Origin: an uncultured Parcubacteria group bacterium
GTDB taxonomy: Bacteria > Patescibacteriota > Minisyncoccia > UBA6257 > 2-01-FULL-56-20
Direction: 5' to 3'
NCBI GenBank assembly: GCA_903944135.1
Contig: CAJAQL010000006.1
Location: 9,425 to 73,424, forward strand
DNA length: 64,000 nucleotides
Shown here: piece by piece, positions 1 to 10,320 of the stretch
Position numbering within the stretch: the stretch's first letter is position 1
Layout of the letters: every line of letters starts with the position of its first letter
Made by a program: the position numbers and the translations under genes
Notes under the pieces: model-generated
Database searches by the model: none
What the model was told of the DNA's origin: nothing
What the model saw: the letters and a program-made list of their open reading frames with translations, nothing else

Positions 1-1
1 G

Positions 2-1801
2 GTTCTGAGCGCCATCGTCATTTTTGGTTTCGGGCGTGAGTTTCATATCGGTATGATCAGGAACCTGCGGCGTCTTCGGGCGGATATGGACACGCTCGTT
101 TCGATCGGGACAATTGCCGCGTTCGCATGGAGCGTTTACGGGCTTGCGGCCGGTCGCATGGATTCGTATTTCGAAACAGGTGCGGTCGTTACGGCGCTTA
201 TCCTGCTCGGACGATATTTCGAGGCGAAGAGCCGCGGAGCCGCGGGGGAGGCAGTGGAAAAACTTATGCAGCTTGGCGCTAAATCAGCGCAGGTTCTGCG
301 TGATGGCAAGGAAAGAGAAATTCCCATCGCCGATGTCGTTGTCGGCGATATTTTGCGTATTCGGCCCGGCGAAAAGATTCCCGTAGACGGCGAAGTGGTT
401 TCCGGTGGAACAAGCATCGATGAATCGATGTTGACCGGCGAAAGCATGCCGGTCGGCAAAGGTGTTCACGATGCAGTTTTCGGCGCGACGCTGAACGTGA
501 GCGGAAGTTTCGACATGAAAGCGACGAAGATCGGGAGCGAGACAATGCTCGCGCAGATCGTGCAGATGGTATCGGACGCGCAGACGCAAAAAGCGCCGAT
601 CGAGCGGCTTGCGGATAAAATCTCATCGGTGTTCGTGCCGATTGTTCTCACGCTTGCGGCAGCGACATTCGTGATCTGGTTTTTTGTGACGCACAATATT
701 GCAGAGAGCGTGACGTCAGCCGTTGCGGTGCTCGTGGTAGCATGTCCGTGCGCTTTGGGGCTTGCAACACCAACGGCCATTATGGTCGGCACTGGCGAAG
801 GCGCACGGCGTGGCGTGCTCATTAAAAACGGTTCATCTCTCGAAAAAGGGAAGAAAATTGATGTAGTGATTTTCGATAAGACCGGTACGCTCACTGAAGG
901 AAAACCGGAGGTCACGGATATCATTGTCGCCTCTGGCATTGCGGAGGAGCATCTCCTTGCGCTCGCCGCAGGCGTAGAAAGCTTTTCCGAGCATCCGCTT
1001 GCGCGCGCCGTTATGGACGAGGCGAAGAAAAAACATTTAGCACCGCTTGCCATCAGCGGTTTCTCGAATATTGCCGGAAAAGGGATCGAAGGAATTGCCG
1101 GTGGAAAGCGAGTTGCGGTTGGAAGTATTCATTTTATTCTGGAGCAGAATATCCCGTTGGGTTCATTGGAAAAAGACATTACCCGGCTCCAATCGGAAGC
1201 GAAAACGATCCTTGCGATCATCGAGGGTGAAGATCTTATCGGCGTGCTTGCGGTTGCCGATGCGGTCAAGAGCGATGCGGCGGCGGCGATAAAAGCGCTG
1301 AAACGTATCGGCATAAAGACCATGATGATCACGGGGGATAACGAAGCCACGGCGCAAGCGGTCGCACGGACGCTTGATATCGATGACGTTATCGCGCATG
1401 TTATGCCGCAGGATAAAGCCTTAGAAATAAAGAAGCTTCAGGCGCAGGGATCGAAGGTTGCGTTCGTGGGGGATGGTATCAATGACGCACCCGCACTCGT
1501 GCAGGCGGATCTCGGCATCGCGATGGGAACCGGCACCGATATCGCCATCGAAGCAGGGGACATCGTGCTTGTAAAGGGAAGTCCCATGAAAGTTGTCGAG
1601 GCGATCACGCTCTCGCAAAGGACGTTCAGAACCATCCGACAGAACCTTTTCTGGGCGTTCTTCTATAATGTCGCGGCGATCCCGCTCGCCGCATTGGGAT
1701 TTCTTAATCCGATGATCGCGGCAACGGCGATGGCGGCGTCGAGCGTCAGCGTCGTCGGGAACAGCCTGCGGATCAGACACAAAAAGATAGTGACGACCTA
1801 A
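2..1801 (+). CDS. copA: Heavy-metal (Cu+) translocating P-type ATPase, 5'-truncated by the window edge
   Basis: The open frame runs from base 2 with no stop, and the first Met at 53 is internal. P-type ATPase motifs are present: CPC ([10 protein letters not shown]), DKTGTLT phosphorylation site, GDGINDAP hinge and MITGDN. Confidence 0.9.
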   Translation, partial: VLSAIVIFGFGREFHIGMIRNLRRLRADMDTLVSIGTIAAFAWSVYGLAAGRMDSYFETGAVVTALILLGRYFEAKSRGAAGEAVEKLMQLGAKSAQVLRDGKEREIPIADVVVGDILRIRPGEKIPVDGEVVSGGTSIDESMLTGESMPVGKGVHDAVFGATLNVSGSFDMKATKIGSETMLAQIVQMVSDAQTQKAPIERLADKISSVFVPIVLTLAAATFVIWFFVTHNIAESVTSAVAVLVVACPCALGLATPTAIMVGTGEGARRGVLIKNGSSLEKGKKIDVVIFDKTGTLTEGKPEVTDIIVASGIAEEHLLALAAGVESFSEHPLARAVMDEAKKKHLAPLAISGFSNIAGKGIEGIAGGKRVAVGSIHFILEQNIPLGSLEKDITRLQSEAKTILAIIEGEDLIGVLAVADAVKSDAAAAIKALKRIGIKTMMITGDNEATAQAVARTLDIDDVIAHVMPQDKALEIKKLQAQGSKVAFVGDGINDAPALVQADLGIAMGTGTDIAIEAGDIVLVKGSPMKVVEAITLSQRTFRTIRQNLFWAFFYNVAAIPLAALGFLNPMIAATAMAASSVSVVGNSLRIRHKKIVTT

Positions 1802-1924
1802 TGGCCCAAAAAAGGAAGTCTATGGGGTATAACCCCGTAGCTCTATTTGGGCGTATTTTACGATTACGGCCGTCTTGAATACATCGGTCCTGCAACCTGT
1901 GGATAAGTCACGATGACATGTCTA

Positions 1925-1958
1925 TAAAAACCTCTATACTATATTATATAGAGGTTTT
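1925..1958 (+). terminator. Rho-independent terminator after copA
   Basis: Hairpin cctctata-ctatatta-tatagagg followed by tttttattatt. Confidence 0.6.
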
Positions 1959-2022
1959 TATTATTGTGTGATGCGAATAAAACTGGTAAGAAAACCATTT
2001 TAATCGTCGGAAAGAAGAAAGA

Positions 2023-2694
2023 ATGTCGATTTCGCTCATGGATCACCTTATCAACAAGAGAAACATCATCGTCACGCTTTCGATCGTCGTTGTGATCATT
2101 GCAGCGCTGGTTTTTTGGTTCTCTATAAAAAAACGGTCATCTCCTCCCAATACATCTCTCCTTGAGACGACTACGGCAAATATCATTAAATCGGGAGATG
2201 CTTCAAAATGTGCGTCAGTGAACCAGATGGTGGATGGTGTGAACTATGAAACGGTCTGCAAGAACAATATTGCACAGAATAAGGCTGTGGCGAATCTTGA
2301 TATCAGCGCGTGTAATGATCTTGATGATAAGCTGATGTCTGTGGCCGGATGCCAGAGTGAGATCATTGCTATGCTTGCCGCCAAGGCGACCAGTGTTTCC
2401 TTCTGTGATCAGTGGAGTGGTGCCCAGGGAGACGGTTGCCGCATTAATTTCTGGACGGACGCGGCCATGAAAAGAGGCAACGCAAGTCCGTGTTCGAATC
2501 TTCCCGCATCGAGCACGCAGGTTGCCGCTTGCGAGACAGATTTCCTGATGTTCACGATGGCGGCCGCTCCTACGAGCACTCCCGATTGCACAACATTTAC
2601 GACAACCGCGGCAAAGCAACAATGTCAAGACATAACGAAGACCACCACGCATCCGCCTGGAAACCGCGCGTTGCCAAATCAATCCACTCCATAA
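2023..2694 (+). CDS. Hypothetical Cys-rich membrane-anchored or secreted protein
   Basis: N-terminal TM helix (IIVTLSIVVVIIAALVFWF) and many Cys in the ectodomain. Its stop abuts the start of the next gene. Confidence 0.5.
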   Translation: MSISLMDHLINKRNIIVTLSIVVVIIAALVFWFSIKKRSSPPNTSLLETTTANIIKSGDASKCASVNQMVDGVNYETVCKNNIAQNKAVANLDISACNDLDDKLMSVAGCQSEIIAMLAAKATSVSFCDQWSGAQGDGCRINFWTDAAMKRGNASPCSNLPASSTQVAACETDFLMFTMAAAPTSTPDCTTFTTTAAKQQCQDITKTTTHPPGNRALPNQSTP

Positions 2695-2695
2695 C

Positions 2696-4156
2696 ATGAA
2701 ACGGCACTTTCTTTTCAATCTCTTTCTTGGTGTAGGGTTGGTTGGTTTGGCATTGTTCCTTCCCCGTACGAGTCTCGCGGCAACCCCTGTCCAGCTGTGG
2801 AGTAAGGGTACGGGTTCTAGTCTGGTGAGCAATGCGTGGTCGCGCCTCGCCGTCGATTCGAACAAAAATGCCTACTATGCTTTCGATGGTACGGTTTATA
2901 AGTTTGGCCCCAATTCTTCGACCTCGGTCTGGGCGGTTGACCCTGGTGGAGACTATGACATCAACGGTATCGCCGTTGATGCGAGCGGGAACGTCTATAC
3001 GGTCGACGGATTTGATAACCAAAATGATACTAGCGAGATTTACAAGATCACGAGCGCGGGGAGCGCGTCGGCTTTTGCCAACGTCACTATGCTCCCGAGT
3101 AACAGCTGTTTTGGCGATGGCGTCGCCGTTGATGCGAGCGGGAACGTCTACTGGACTGGAACGTGCACCAATAGTGGATATTTTTCGAGCTATACCATCA
3201 AGTTCAATAGCGCTGGTACTCAGCTGTGGGCTTCATGGGGCCTTGGCGGTAGCACGTGCGGCGGTTCCCTTAGTGCGGGAGATCTCATTAAGATCGGCGG
3301 TCCTTCGAATAACATCTATATCGTCGGCTACGCCGAGTGTGGAGCTAGCCGGAAGAATGAATGGTTTGTTATGGAATATAATAGCGGCGGCGGCCTCATG
3401 TATGATCCCGTATATCCCCGTTCGTATACGTACAATGCCGAGAATGGCTTGGCGATTGACTCTTCGGGCAATGCCTATATCTCGGCAAATGCCAATAACA
3501 GCGTTGCCGTGGACGAATCGGGTTCCCGGGCGACCAATTATGGCAAGCTCGTGAAATTTTCCAGCGGTTCCCTTAGTGATATCTACGACACCGCCGTAGG
3601 CGGCGGTGTCTATGGTGTAAATATCGACAGTTCTGGCGACCTGTACGTCGAGATAAACGGGAATTTCAACGAATACTCAAGTCCCAGCCTTTCTACGTTG
3701 GTATGGAGCGTCGCGACCCCGTATGGAGCCTGGTCATATACTTATAATTTCTGGCAGTACGTCGAAATAGCTGTCGACGATTATGCTGTTGACAATAGTG
3801 GCGGCTTCTATGTCATGAACCCAACTTGCTCGAATTATAGCAGTTATACCTGCAGTGGGCAGGTCATGGGCAATTACTATGGTGCATATCTGTATAGATA
3901 TGGCTCCCCGTGCAACACAACCATGGACGCAGGAGGCGGAACATGGACCTTGAGCACAGTTGCCGCTACTTGCCCCGCATGGTTGGATATCACAACCGCC
4001 AACTCAGTGACGAATGGCAACCTTCTCATTGATCAACAGATGATTATCGAGAACGGTGGATCACTTGGTTACAGTTCAGGATATCATATCAGTTTTAGCG
4101 GCTCGGGTGCTATCATTTTACGAGGATCCCCGGTTGGCTACGTTCATTCTCCATAA
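2696..4156 (+). CDS. Secreted beta-propeller repeat (SBBP-like) protein
   Basis: Signal peptide, and repeated D-x-SGN-x-Y/D-SSGN-Y units (VDASGNVYTVDG, VDASGNVYWTG, IDSSGNAYIS, IDSSGDLYVE) typical of SBBP beta-propeller repeats. Confidence 0.6.
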   Translation: MKRHFLFNLFLGVGLVGLALFLPRTSLAATPVQLWSKGTGSSLVSNAWSRLAVDSNKNAYYAFDGTVYKFGPNSSTSVWAVDPGGDYDINGIAVDASGNVYTVDGFDNQNDTSEIYKITSAGSASAFANVTMLPSNSCFGDGVAVDASGNVYWTGTCTNSGYFSSYTIKFNSAGTQLWASWGLGGSTCGGSLSAGDLIKIGGPSNNIYIVGYAECGASRKNEWFVMEYNSGGGLMYDPVYPRSYTYNAENGLAIDSSGNAYISANANNSVAVDESGSRATNYGKLVKFSSGSLSDIYDTAVGGGVYGVNIDSSGDLYVEINGNFNEYSSPSLSTLVWSVATPYGAWSYTYNFWQYVEIAVDDYAVDNSGGFYVMNPTCSNYSSYTCSGQVMGNYYGAYLYRYGSPCNTTMDAGGGTWTLSTVAATCPAWLDITTANSVTNGNLLIDQQMIIENGGSLGYSSGYHISFSGSGAIILRGSPVGYVHSP

Positions 4157-4184
4157 AGAACATGATGTCTTTTAGATAGATAAG

Positions 4185-4215
4185 AAAACGGCCACGGAAA
4201 AAATCCGTGGCCGTT
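4185..4215. terminator. Bidirectional terminator between convergent genes
   Basis: Hairpin aaaacggccacgg-aaaaaat-ccgtggccgtt flanked by A and T runs. Confidence 0.6.
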
Positions 4216-4228
4216 GCCTCACGTGGTC

Positions 4229-5659
4229 TTACCAGGCCATAAGAGGTGTTCCAGTGGTGAAATTCAAAGTGCTGAGAGTTGCCCCGGTCGTTGTGTCAGC
4301 GACCTTAAGGGTATTGTTGTCCCAATATACCAGGCGAACTCCGTCGGCTGAGGGGGTCGGATGGGATACCGGACCGCCGATAAGGAGGTTTTCGCCTCCC
4401 GTACCATCGGCATTTATCCAATAAATGCCGCCGACAGTAATGTGGTAGTAAAGAATCTCATTCCCATCGGCTGACCAAACCCCTCCTCCGCTTGGGGTAT
4501 TGATGAGTTGTTCCTGATTAGTTCCGTCCGCATTCATGATCCAGACGTATTCAGCGCCCCCTTCAATGTGATGCCAGAGAATCTTCGTCCCATCGGGCGA
4601 ATAGTGTGGCCCATCACCTACGAGGCCCGTCACTGTTTCACTTTCCAGGAGTTGCTGCCCCGTGCCGTCCAATGCGGACGCGTAAATCTCTGCCTTCGAG
4701 GAATTGTCGGGTTGTGTGGCAATCGCCTGATAGACAAGATGTTTTCCGTCGGGTGAAAAACCTGCATCAATGACGGAATACAAACCCGTCTCGGCCGTGT
4801 TCGTCAGAACGGTGCCGCTTGCAGTCCCGTCGGTGGTATAGATGAAGATCTTACTCCCGAGGGTGCAAGCAAAGCTCAACCGATCAAATGAGAACGATCG
4901 AAGCACACACGTGTTGTTGTTCAATAACTGAATGGGGTTTTCAGTTCCCGTTACATCCACCAAATAGACGTCGTAGTTACCAGAGGTGGCGAGGACCCAG
5001 TCGCGCACTTTGACTGTTACGGATGACGTCTTCGACGTGTCCGCCGTTGCCGTTGCCGTAATGGTCGCCGTGCCGGTCTTCTCGATCGTAGCCATACCCG
5101 TTGTTGGATTGATGCTGACAACAGACGAATCCGAAGAGTACCACGTCATGGCGACATTGGACCCGATTGGGTTCGTTACGATCGCAGTATAGGTATACTT
5201 CACGCCTACCTGTGGAATGGTCGTGCCGGAGATGGCACTGATGCTCACTGCCGGAGCGGCCGTGATTGTGATTGTTGCGGTTGCCGTTTTTCCGCCCGCC
5301 GAAGCCGTGATGGTTGCGGTGCTGCCAGACGGTACGCTTGACGGAGCCGTATAAACGGTTCCGCTGATCGTGCCATAATTTGCGCTCAGCGCGTAAGACT
5401 GATCGCAGGTGCCGCTGCACACGACGCTAACGGTAAGCTGGGATGTCTTGCCAACCTGCACTGAAGTAGGATTGGCGCTGATGCTGATGGAAGCAACACT
5501 GCCGCCACCGATTGGATTCGTATTGCCGCCGCTACCGCATCCGGTGAGGGCGCCAATAGCGGTGACCACAAAAACGATGACAAAATTCCTGATTGCTTTT
5601 TTCATTGAAGCCCTCCTGGGTGGCATTAAGCTCCCATTTCCATGTCGTTCTGTTTTCAA
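4229..5659 (-). CDS. Lipoprotein with Ig-like (Big_2-type) domains and a TolB-like PD40 beta-propeller
   Basis: Lipoprotein signal (…ALTGCGSGG), T/S-rich Ig-like segments and WD40-like PD40 repeats (FSPDGKHLVY, YSPDGTKILW, WSADGNEILYY). Confidence 0.6.
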   Translation of the reverse strand: MKTERHGNGSLMPPRRASMKKAIRNFVIVFVVTAIGALTGCGSGGNTNPIGGGSVASISISANPTSVQVGKTSQLTVSVVCSGTCDQSYALSANYGTISGTVYTAPSSVPSGSTATITASAGGKTATATITITAAPAVSISAISGTTIPQVGVKYTYTAIVTNPIGSNVAMTWYSSDSSVVSINPTTGMATIEKTGTATITATATADTSKTSSVTVKVRDWVLATSGNYDVYLVDVTGTENPIQLLNNNTCVLRSFSFDRLSFACTLGSKIFIYTTDGTASGTVLTNTAETGLYSVIDAGFSPDGKHLVYQAIATQPDNSSKAEIYASALDGTGQQLLESETVTGLVGDGPHYSPDGTKILWHHIEGGAEYVWIMNADGTNQEQLINTPSGGGVWSADGNEILYYHITVGGIYWINADGTGGENLLIGGPVSHPTPSADGVRLVYWDNNTLKVADTTTGATLSTLNFTTGTPLMAW

Positions 5660-5771
5660 GGAACTCTTGGTTCAAGATGCCATATAGATAGAGAACTGTC
5701 AAGTTCTTATGATAACGTGCATGCACATATGAGCGAAGCATTGATCGTTGTGTGACGACTTGTATCGATTT

Positions 5772-6347
5772 CTACAGCGCGGTGCGGATGAACTCGACGC
5801 CGATCGCCATGAGGATAAGGCCCATCATTTTACCGAATACCACAACCTCTTTTTTGCCGAATACTTTCAGAATGTATGGCGCGAGGCAGAAGACGATATA
5901 GTTTATAAGGAGATTCGCAAGGATGCCCGCGAGCGTCAGGAGATATCCGTATTCTTTGGCGAGAATGATGACCAAACTGATCATGCCTGGACCCGCAATG
6001 AGCGGCGTCGCAAGCGGTATGATGCTGGGTTCTTTTTCGTTTTCAGGTTCTTCTTTCTTCGTACTGAATTCTATGCCGAAAAGTATTTTAAACCCAAGCG
6101 CCAAAAGGACCAGTCCGCCGGCAATGCGAAAACTTCCTATGGATATCTCGAAGACGTTCAAGATCGCATTCCCGAGGAGCATGAAAATGATGAGGATGAC
6201 TCCGGCATAGAGAATGGCTGATCGGGCGAATTTTTCTTTTTGTTCGCGGTTAAGCGAATGGGCAAAAGTGAGAAAGAATGGAATGTTGCCCACGGGGTCC
6301 ATGACGCCGAAGATCGCAAAAAAAACCTGAGAAAATAGAATCATCAT
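5772..6347 (-). CDS. marC: MarC family (UPF0056) integral membrane protein
   Basis: N-terminal MMILFSQVFFAIFGVMDPVGNIPFFL… is the conserved MarC start, and the protein has 6 predicted TM helices. Confidence 0.8.
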   Translation of the reverse strand: MMILFSQVFFAIFGVMDPVGNIPFFLTFAHSLNREQKEKFARSAILYAGVILIIFMLLGNAILNVFEISIGSFRIAGGLVLLALGFKILFGIEFSTKKEEPENEKEPSIIPLATPLIAGPGMISLVIILAKEYGYLLTLAGILANLLINYIVFCLAPYILKVFGKKEVVVFGKMMGLILMAIGVEFIRTAL

Positions 6348-6419
6348 CTTTTTGATTTTATCATAAGAGAAAAACGTTTCATGATAGCCGGATCTTTTCG
6401 GTGAGCGGGGATAGGCGGT

Positions 6420-6905
6420 TTATATTTCCCATAGCATATCTTTCCGGTGTCGGTATTCGTTGCCGACAAGAAAGAGCACCGCGGCATCAAGAAAGGTAAT
6501 GAGCCAAAGGAGAATTGATGGCGTCATGATCGATTGATAGAGCTGATAGACGATGAAAAACGAAAAAACGGCGATAGATGCCGGATACGACCAGGATTTA
6601 TTATACCAGAGTCCTAAAAGCAAAAATATTTTCACGATACCGTGCGAAAGGAATATAAAAGCCCATACCGCTCGCGGCGTCGAGGAGAAGTTTTGGAACG
6701 CGTGGAAGATGTATCCCCAGACAAAATCTCTCGGATTTTCCGCGAGCTCGCCGCCGAAGAACAGAAAAACAATGTTATAAAGTTTATCGTAGCTGAAGAG
6801 CGTAAAAACGATCCCGGAAGCGATTTCTCCAAGACTGATCGCTCCCTTCAGGATGATGCCCGTAAGAAATAACGCGTGATAGGTTTTTCTGGAAATAGAT
6901 TTCAT
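6420..6905 (-). CDS. Hypothetical polytopic membrane protein (DUF2127-like)
   Basis: 4 predicted TM helices; no catalytic motif recognised. Confidence 0.5.
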   Translation of the reverse strand: MKSISRKTYHALFLTGIILKGAISLGEIASGIVFTLFSYDKLYNIVFLFFGGELAENPRDFVWGYIFHAFQNFSSTPRAVWAFIFLSHGIVKIFLLLGLWYNKSWSYPASIAVFSFFIVYQLYQSIMTPSILLWLITFLDAAVLFLVGNEYRHRKDMLWEI

Positions 6906-6962
6906 GATGTCGTTCCGATTGAAGTCTAATGCATCAGCCGAGAATAAGAAAGAACAAGGTAT

Positions 6963-8219
6963 TCAGGATTTTTTTGCAGCCGCGGTTCCGGCAACAAAGC
7001 CGGTGGTCCAACAGATCTGGAGACTATAGCCGCCGGATGGGCGGTCGATGTTCAGAATATCGCCGATAAGGTAAAGGTTCGGGAACAGGCGCGATCGCAT
7101 AGATTTAAAATCCACTTCATCAAGCGCAACGCCCCCGCTCGTTATAATTGCCTTTTCCGCGCCAAGCAATTTATCTACATGGAGGGGGATATTTTTTATG
7201 ACGCCGATGAGCTTCATTCGTTTTTCCCGCGCAACATTATTGCATTGGATCTCTTTCGCAATGCCGGCAAGTTCCATGACGATCGGAACCATGGCTCTGG
7301 GGATAAGATCCGGAAGGGCGTTCTGCAATTTTTTCCTATTATTGATCTTGAACAGTTTTTGGAGTTCCGCGTCGAGGGCTCCGTGATCTTCTTTCGGCAG
7401 GAGATCAAGGGAAAGAGCAACCTCGCCATATTTCAAAAGCTCTCCGATATCCTTGCTCATATTAAGGATGGTCGGACCGCTCAAACCTGCGTGGGTAAAA
7501 AGAATTTTGCCGTTCGCGGCATCCTGCTTTTTATTATTTTGCAAAACCGTTATTTTAATATCGGAAAGTTTCACACCCGAAAGTTTTTTTATCCATACAT
7601 CTCTCAGTGCGATCGGTACAAGCGAGGGGGTCGGTGCAATAATGGTATGTCCGATATCTTTGAGCCATGCATAACCGTCACCCGTAGAGCCGGTATCTGG
7701 ATGTGAGGTTCCGCCGGTCGCAATGATTATGGAACGACCCCGCACCGCGCTTGTGTTTTTGAGTTTTACTCCAATGAGTACGTCATGATCGCGCACTATT
7801 TTCGCTACGGGAGCATGGGAGCGCACCGTGACGTGGTATTTTTTCATATAGTTCAAAAGAACGTTCCATACCGATCGCGCGGAATCTGAAACGGGAAACG
7901 TCCGCAATTCGTTCTCCACTTTCGTATCCATACCGTTCTCGTGGAAAAAATCGAGAGTTTCTTTCACGCTCCATTGCGAAAATGCCGAAAAGAGGAACTT
8001 TCCGTCGTTTTTGAATTTTGCGAGAAATTTGCGGTTATCGAACTCTGAGTTCATCACATTGCACCTGCCGCCGCCGGTGATCAGCAGTTTTTTTCCGAGC
8101 GTATCGTTCTTTTCGAGGAGAATGACCTTGGCGCCTCTTTTTGCAGCGGTTCCGGCAGCCATCATGCCCGCTGGCCCTCCGCCGACCACGATGACATCCC
8201 ACGGAATTTTATCATTCAT
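6963..8219 (-). CDS. HI0933-family NAD(P)/FAD-dependent flavoprotein (BaiN/aminoacetone oxidase-like)
   Basis: N-terminal Rossmann VIVVGGGPAGMMAAGTAAKRGAKVILLEKN followed by LITGGGRCNVMN, characteristic of the HI0933 family. Confidence 0.85.
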   Translation of the reverse strand: MNDKIPWDVIVVGGGPAGMMAAGTAAKRGAKVILLEKNDTLGKKLLITGGGRCNVMNSEFDNRKFLAKFKNDGKFLFSAFSQWSVKETLDFFHENGMDTKVENELRTFPVSDSARSVWNVLLNYMKKYHVTVRSHAPVAKIVRDHDVLIGVKLKNTSAVRGRSIIIATGGTSHPDTGSTGDGYAWLKDIGHTIIAPTPSLVPIALRDVWIKKLSGVKLSDIKITVLQNNKKQDAANGKILFTHAGLSGPTILNMSKDIGELLKYGEVALSLDLLPKEDHGALDAELQKLFKINNRKKLQNALPDLIPRAMVPIVMELAGIAKEIQCNNVAREKRMKLIGVIKNIPLHVDKLLGAEKAIITSGGVALDEVDFKSMRSRLFPNLYLIGDILNIDRPSGGYSLQICWTTGFVAGTAAAKKS

Positions 8220-8286
8220 TAGCTATATAGTATCAGAAAAGAGACGCGGAACCTATGAATATCTGCGCAAGAGCTATACTGAGAAT

Positions 8287-8541
8287 ATGGTTTATTTTGT
8301 CTATCTCCTAGAGTGCACGGATGGCAGTATCTATACGGGCATCACGACCGATCTTGAGCGAAGATTCGACGAACATAAGAATAAAAGCGGCAGTCATTAT
8401 ACGGCGTCGCATGGTGCTCGAAAAATAGTTCATGCGGAAACCTATCCAAATCGTTCCGAGGCGTCGAAACGCGAAGCCGAGATAAAAAGCTGGCGTCGGG
8501 AAAGAAAAATAGAGCTGATCCGATCGAATAGATCGAATTGA
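8287..8541 (+). CDS. GIY-YIG nuclease superfamily protein (UPF0213-like)
   Basis: VYFVYLLECTDGSIYTGITTDLERRFDEH…KREAEIKSW matches the GIY-YIG and YTG motifs. The Met at 8287 is the likely start, because the upstream part of ORF 8011-8541 overlaps the convergent gene. Confidence 0.8.
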   Translation: MVYFVYLLECTDGSIYTGITTDLERRFDEHKNKSGSHYTASHGARKIVHAETYPNRSEASKREAEIKSWRRERKIELIRSNRSN

Positions 8542-8616
8542 TCTTCTTCCTGTTCGACAAATGAAAAAAATAGGATATAATCTCTGTAGAATAACTTTTC
8601 CAAGGAGGCAATTGAC

Positions 8617-8736
8617 GTGACTAAAGGATCTGCTAGCTTCCGACTTCCGACGGGGCAGGAATGGTGTTCACTCTTGCTGTTTCTGACGTTGGTCATCATG
8701 ATGATCTGTGTATTTTCCGCACATCCTCCTCGTTAA
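8617..8736 (+). CDS. Candidate 39-aa hydrophobic micro-protein with a GTG start
   Basis: Strong SD (aaggagg) 7 nt before GTG. It encodes VTKGSASFRLPTGQEWCSLLLFLTLVIMMICVF… and is followed by a hairpin plus T-run at 8748-8790. It is below the ORF-track size cutoff. Confidence 0.3.
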   Translation: MTKGSASFRLPTGQEWCSLLLFLTLVIMMICVFSAHPPR

Positions 8737-8876
8737 CAAGGCTTCGCGTAAAAGGCTTTTGCCCGCTCGCGGAGCCTTTTATGTTTTCATCGGGAGATCT
8801 CGGTTATCGTTTACTTTTTCTAAAGGGAGCGATAGCGTAGCAAAAGATCCCGGCAAGTGCTGGAGAAGGAGGAAAA

Positions 8877-9362
8877 ATGGAGTCTCCGGAAACGTATGGC
8901 AAGCTTATGATCGGAAACCACGATGGATGGCAAACCGAGACGGTATATTATCTCGAACTTGAGAACGTGCATACGAGATCTTTCCCTGCTGTCATCAAGG
9001 GAACTGGGAGGGCTATCATCGCGCTTGATGAAATTCTGTTAAGCCACGTGCAGGATCATTTGCCGCCGCGCAGTTCAAGAATAAGTTCGAGCACTTTCAT
9101 GGTGAATCGCGAGCTTGGGATCGGATATCCGACGTGGAACGACGGAGAACCGCAAAAACTTTTCTCATGGCCCGAGTTCGACGCCGCGGTCACGCATGAT
9201 CCATGGCCATTTGAGTGGGCACGGGGGACTATCGAGGATGCGAGACGATTTGCACGGATTCTCGAGTCGCATGAACCGCGCAAAGAAACTTTTTCTTTTG
9301 CCGAAGAGGCGTTGTTCCCGCATGCGGAAACATACCCCCGCGGCATTTGCAAGCAATCATGA
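8877..9362 (+). CDS. Hypothetical protein
   Basis: Strong SD (gaaggagg) 6 nt upstream. 161 aa with no recognisable domain. Confidence 0.55.
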   Translation: MESPETYGKLMIGNHDGWQTETVYYLELENVHTRSFPAVIKGTGRAIIALDEILLSHVQDHLPPRSSRISSSTFMVNRELGIGYPTWNDGEPQKLFSWPEFDAAVTHDPWPFEWARGTIEDARRFARILESHEPRKETFSFAEEALFPHAETYPRGICKQS

Positions 9363-9376
9363 ACAGTCCTTTTGCC

Positions 9377-9408
9377 GGAACCCGTCGTAAGGCGGGTTCT
9401 TTTTTTTG
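9377..9408 (+). terminator. Rho-independent terminator
   Basis: Hairpin ggaacccgtcgtaaggcgggttc followed by tttttttt. Confidence 0.65.
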
Positions 9409-9472
9409 TTGCTTTTATCGGTGAAAAAGACTACGCTCTGAATGTCGCAGTAAAACTCATCTATCATATATT

Positions 9473-10015
9473 ATGAACAAATTCAGAAAACCTCATGGCA
9501 ATGGCGGGCATGGCGGAAGTCGATTCGGCGGGGGACGGCCAAGTCGCCCGGGTTTTGATCGCCCGCGCCCGCAGTTCGGCGGCGGACCTCGAAGAGAGGG
9601 AGTCGAACTTTTCGATGCGGTTTGCAGCAAATGCGGTAATGCCTGCCAGGTTCCGTTCCGTCCGAATGGCCAAAAGCCGGTATATTGCCGGGCTTGCTTC
9701 GGCAGTCCAACGTCGGCTCCGGCGGGCAGGGAAAATTTCATCCGAAGGGATGTTCCCACGGTTCCGATCGCGCCAAGGATCGAGGATCGAAGCATCGCCG
9801 ATCTCAAGCAGCAGATGAACGCTATGAACGCGAAAATGGACAATATTTTGCGTATCGTGGAAACGCTATCGAAGCCGAAGCCGATCGTGTCAGTTGCGCC
9901 GATTATAACACCACCGACACCAGTGTCAGTGCCAACATCAACTAAGATCGCAGCAAAAAAGATAGTTAAAAAAGATCTTCCCAAAAAGAAGATCGCAGCA
10001 AAAAAGAAAAAATAA
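9473..10015 (+). CDS. CxxC-x17-CxxC zinc-ribbon domain protein with a Gly/Arg-rich N-terminus and a Lys-rich tail
   Basis: CSKC-(17 residues)-CRAC spacing. The N-terminus is GGHGGSRFGGGRPSRPGFDRPRP (RGG-like) and the C-terminus is KKIAAKKIVKK…KKKK. Confidence 0.6.
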   Translation: MNKFRKPHGNGGHGGSRFGGGRPSRPGFDRPRPQFGGGPRREGVELFDAVCSKCGNACQVPFRPNGQKPVYCRACFGSPTSAPAGRENFIRRDVPTVPIAPRIEDRSIADLKQQMNAMNAKMDNILRIVETLSKPKPIVSVAPIITPPTPVSVPTSTKIAAKKIVKKDLPKKKIAAKKKK

Positions 10016-10030
10016 TATAATTTCTTCTAT

Positions 10031-10066
10031 AAAAAAATCCCCCGCTGATGCGAGGGGATTTTTTTG
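10031..10066. terminator. Bidirectional terminator
   Basis: aaaaaa-atcccccgctgatgcgaggggat-ttttttt. Confidence 0.65.
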
Positions 10067-10320
10067 CTACACCTGAGCCTCGGAGCTTTCGGTCGCAGGT
10101 TCGGACGGAGCAGCTTCGGTCGCCGGGGCGGCCTCAACTGTTTCCGGAGCCTTTTCGGTCACGGGAGATGCTTCCGGCTGAACTTCCGGAGTCGCTTCTA
10201 CCGGTACATTGGTATCGGTCATGAATAGGATATTTAATAATTTAGACGGCAGCGACTATCCCGCCTGCTACGAAGTAAGGATAGCATACTTCAACTTTAA
10301 TAGCGCCTATTTCTCAGGGT

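Noticed and set aside
2215-2865. 216-aa minus-strand ORF
   Set aside because: It is wholly antisense to two well-supported plus-strand genes and is Arg-rich with no motifs. It is a typical shadow ORF in GC-rich DNA.
5748-6221. 157-aa plus-strand ORF
   Set aside because: It is antisense to the MarC-family gene, acidic and low-complexity, and is a shadow ORF.
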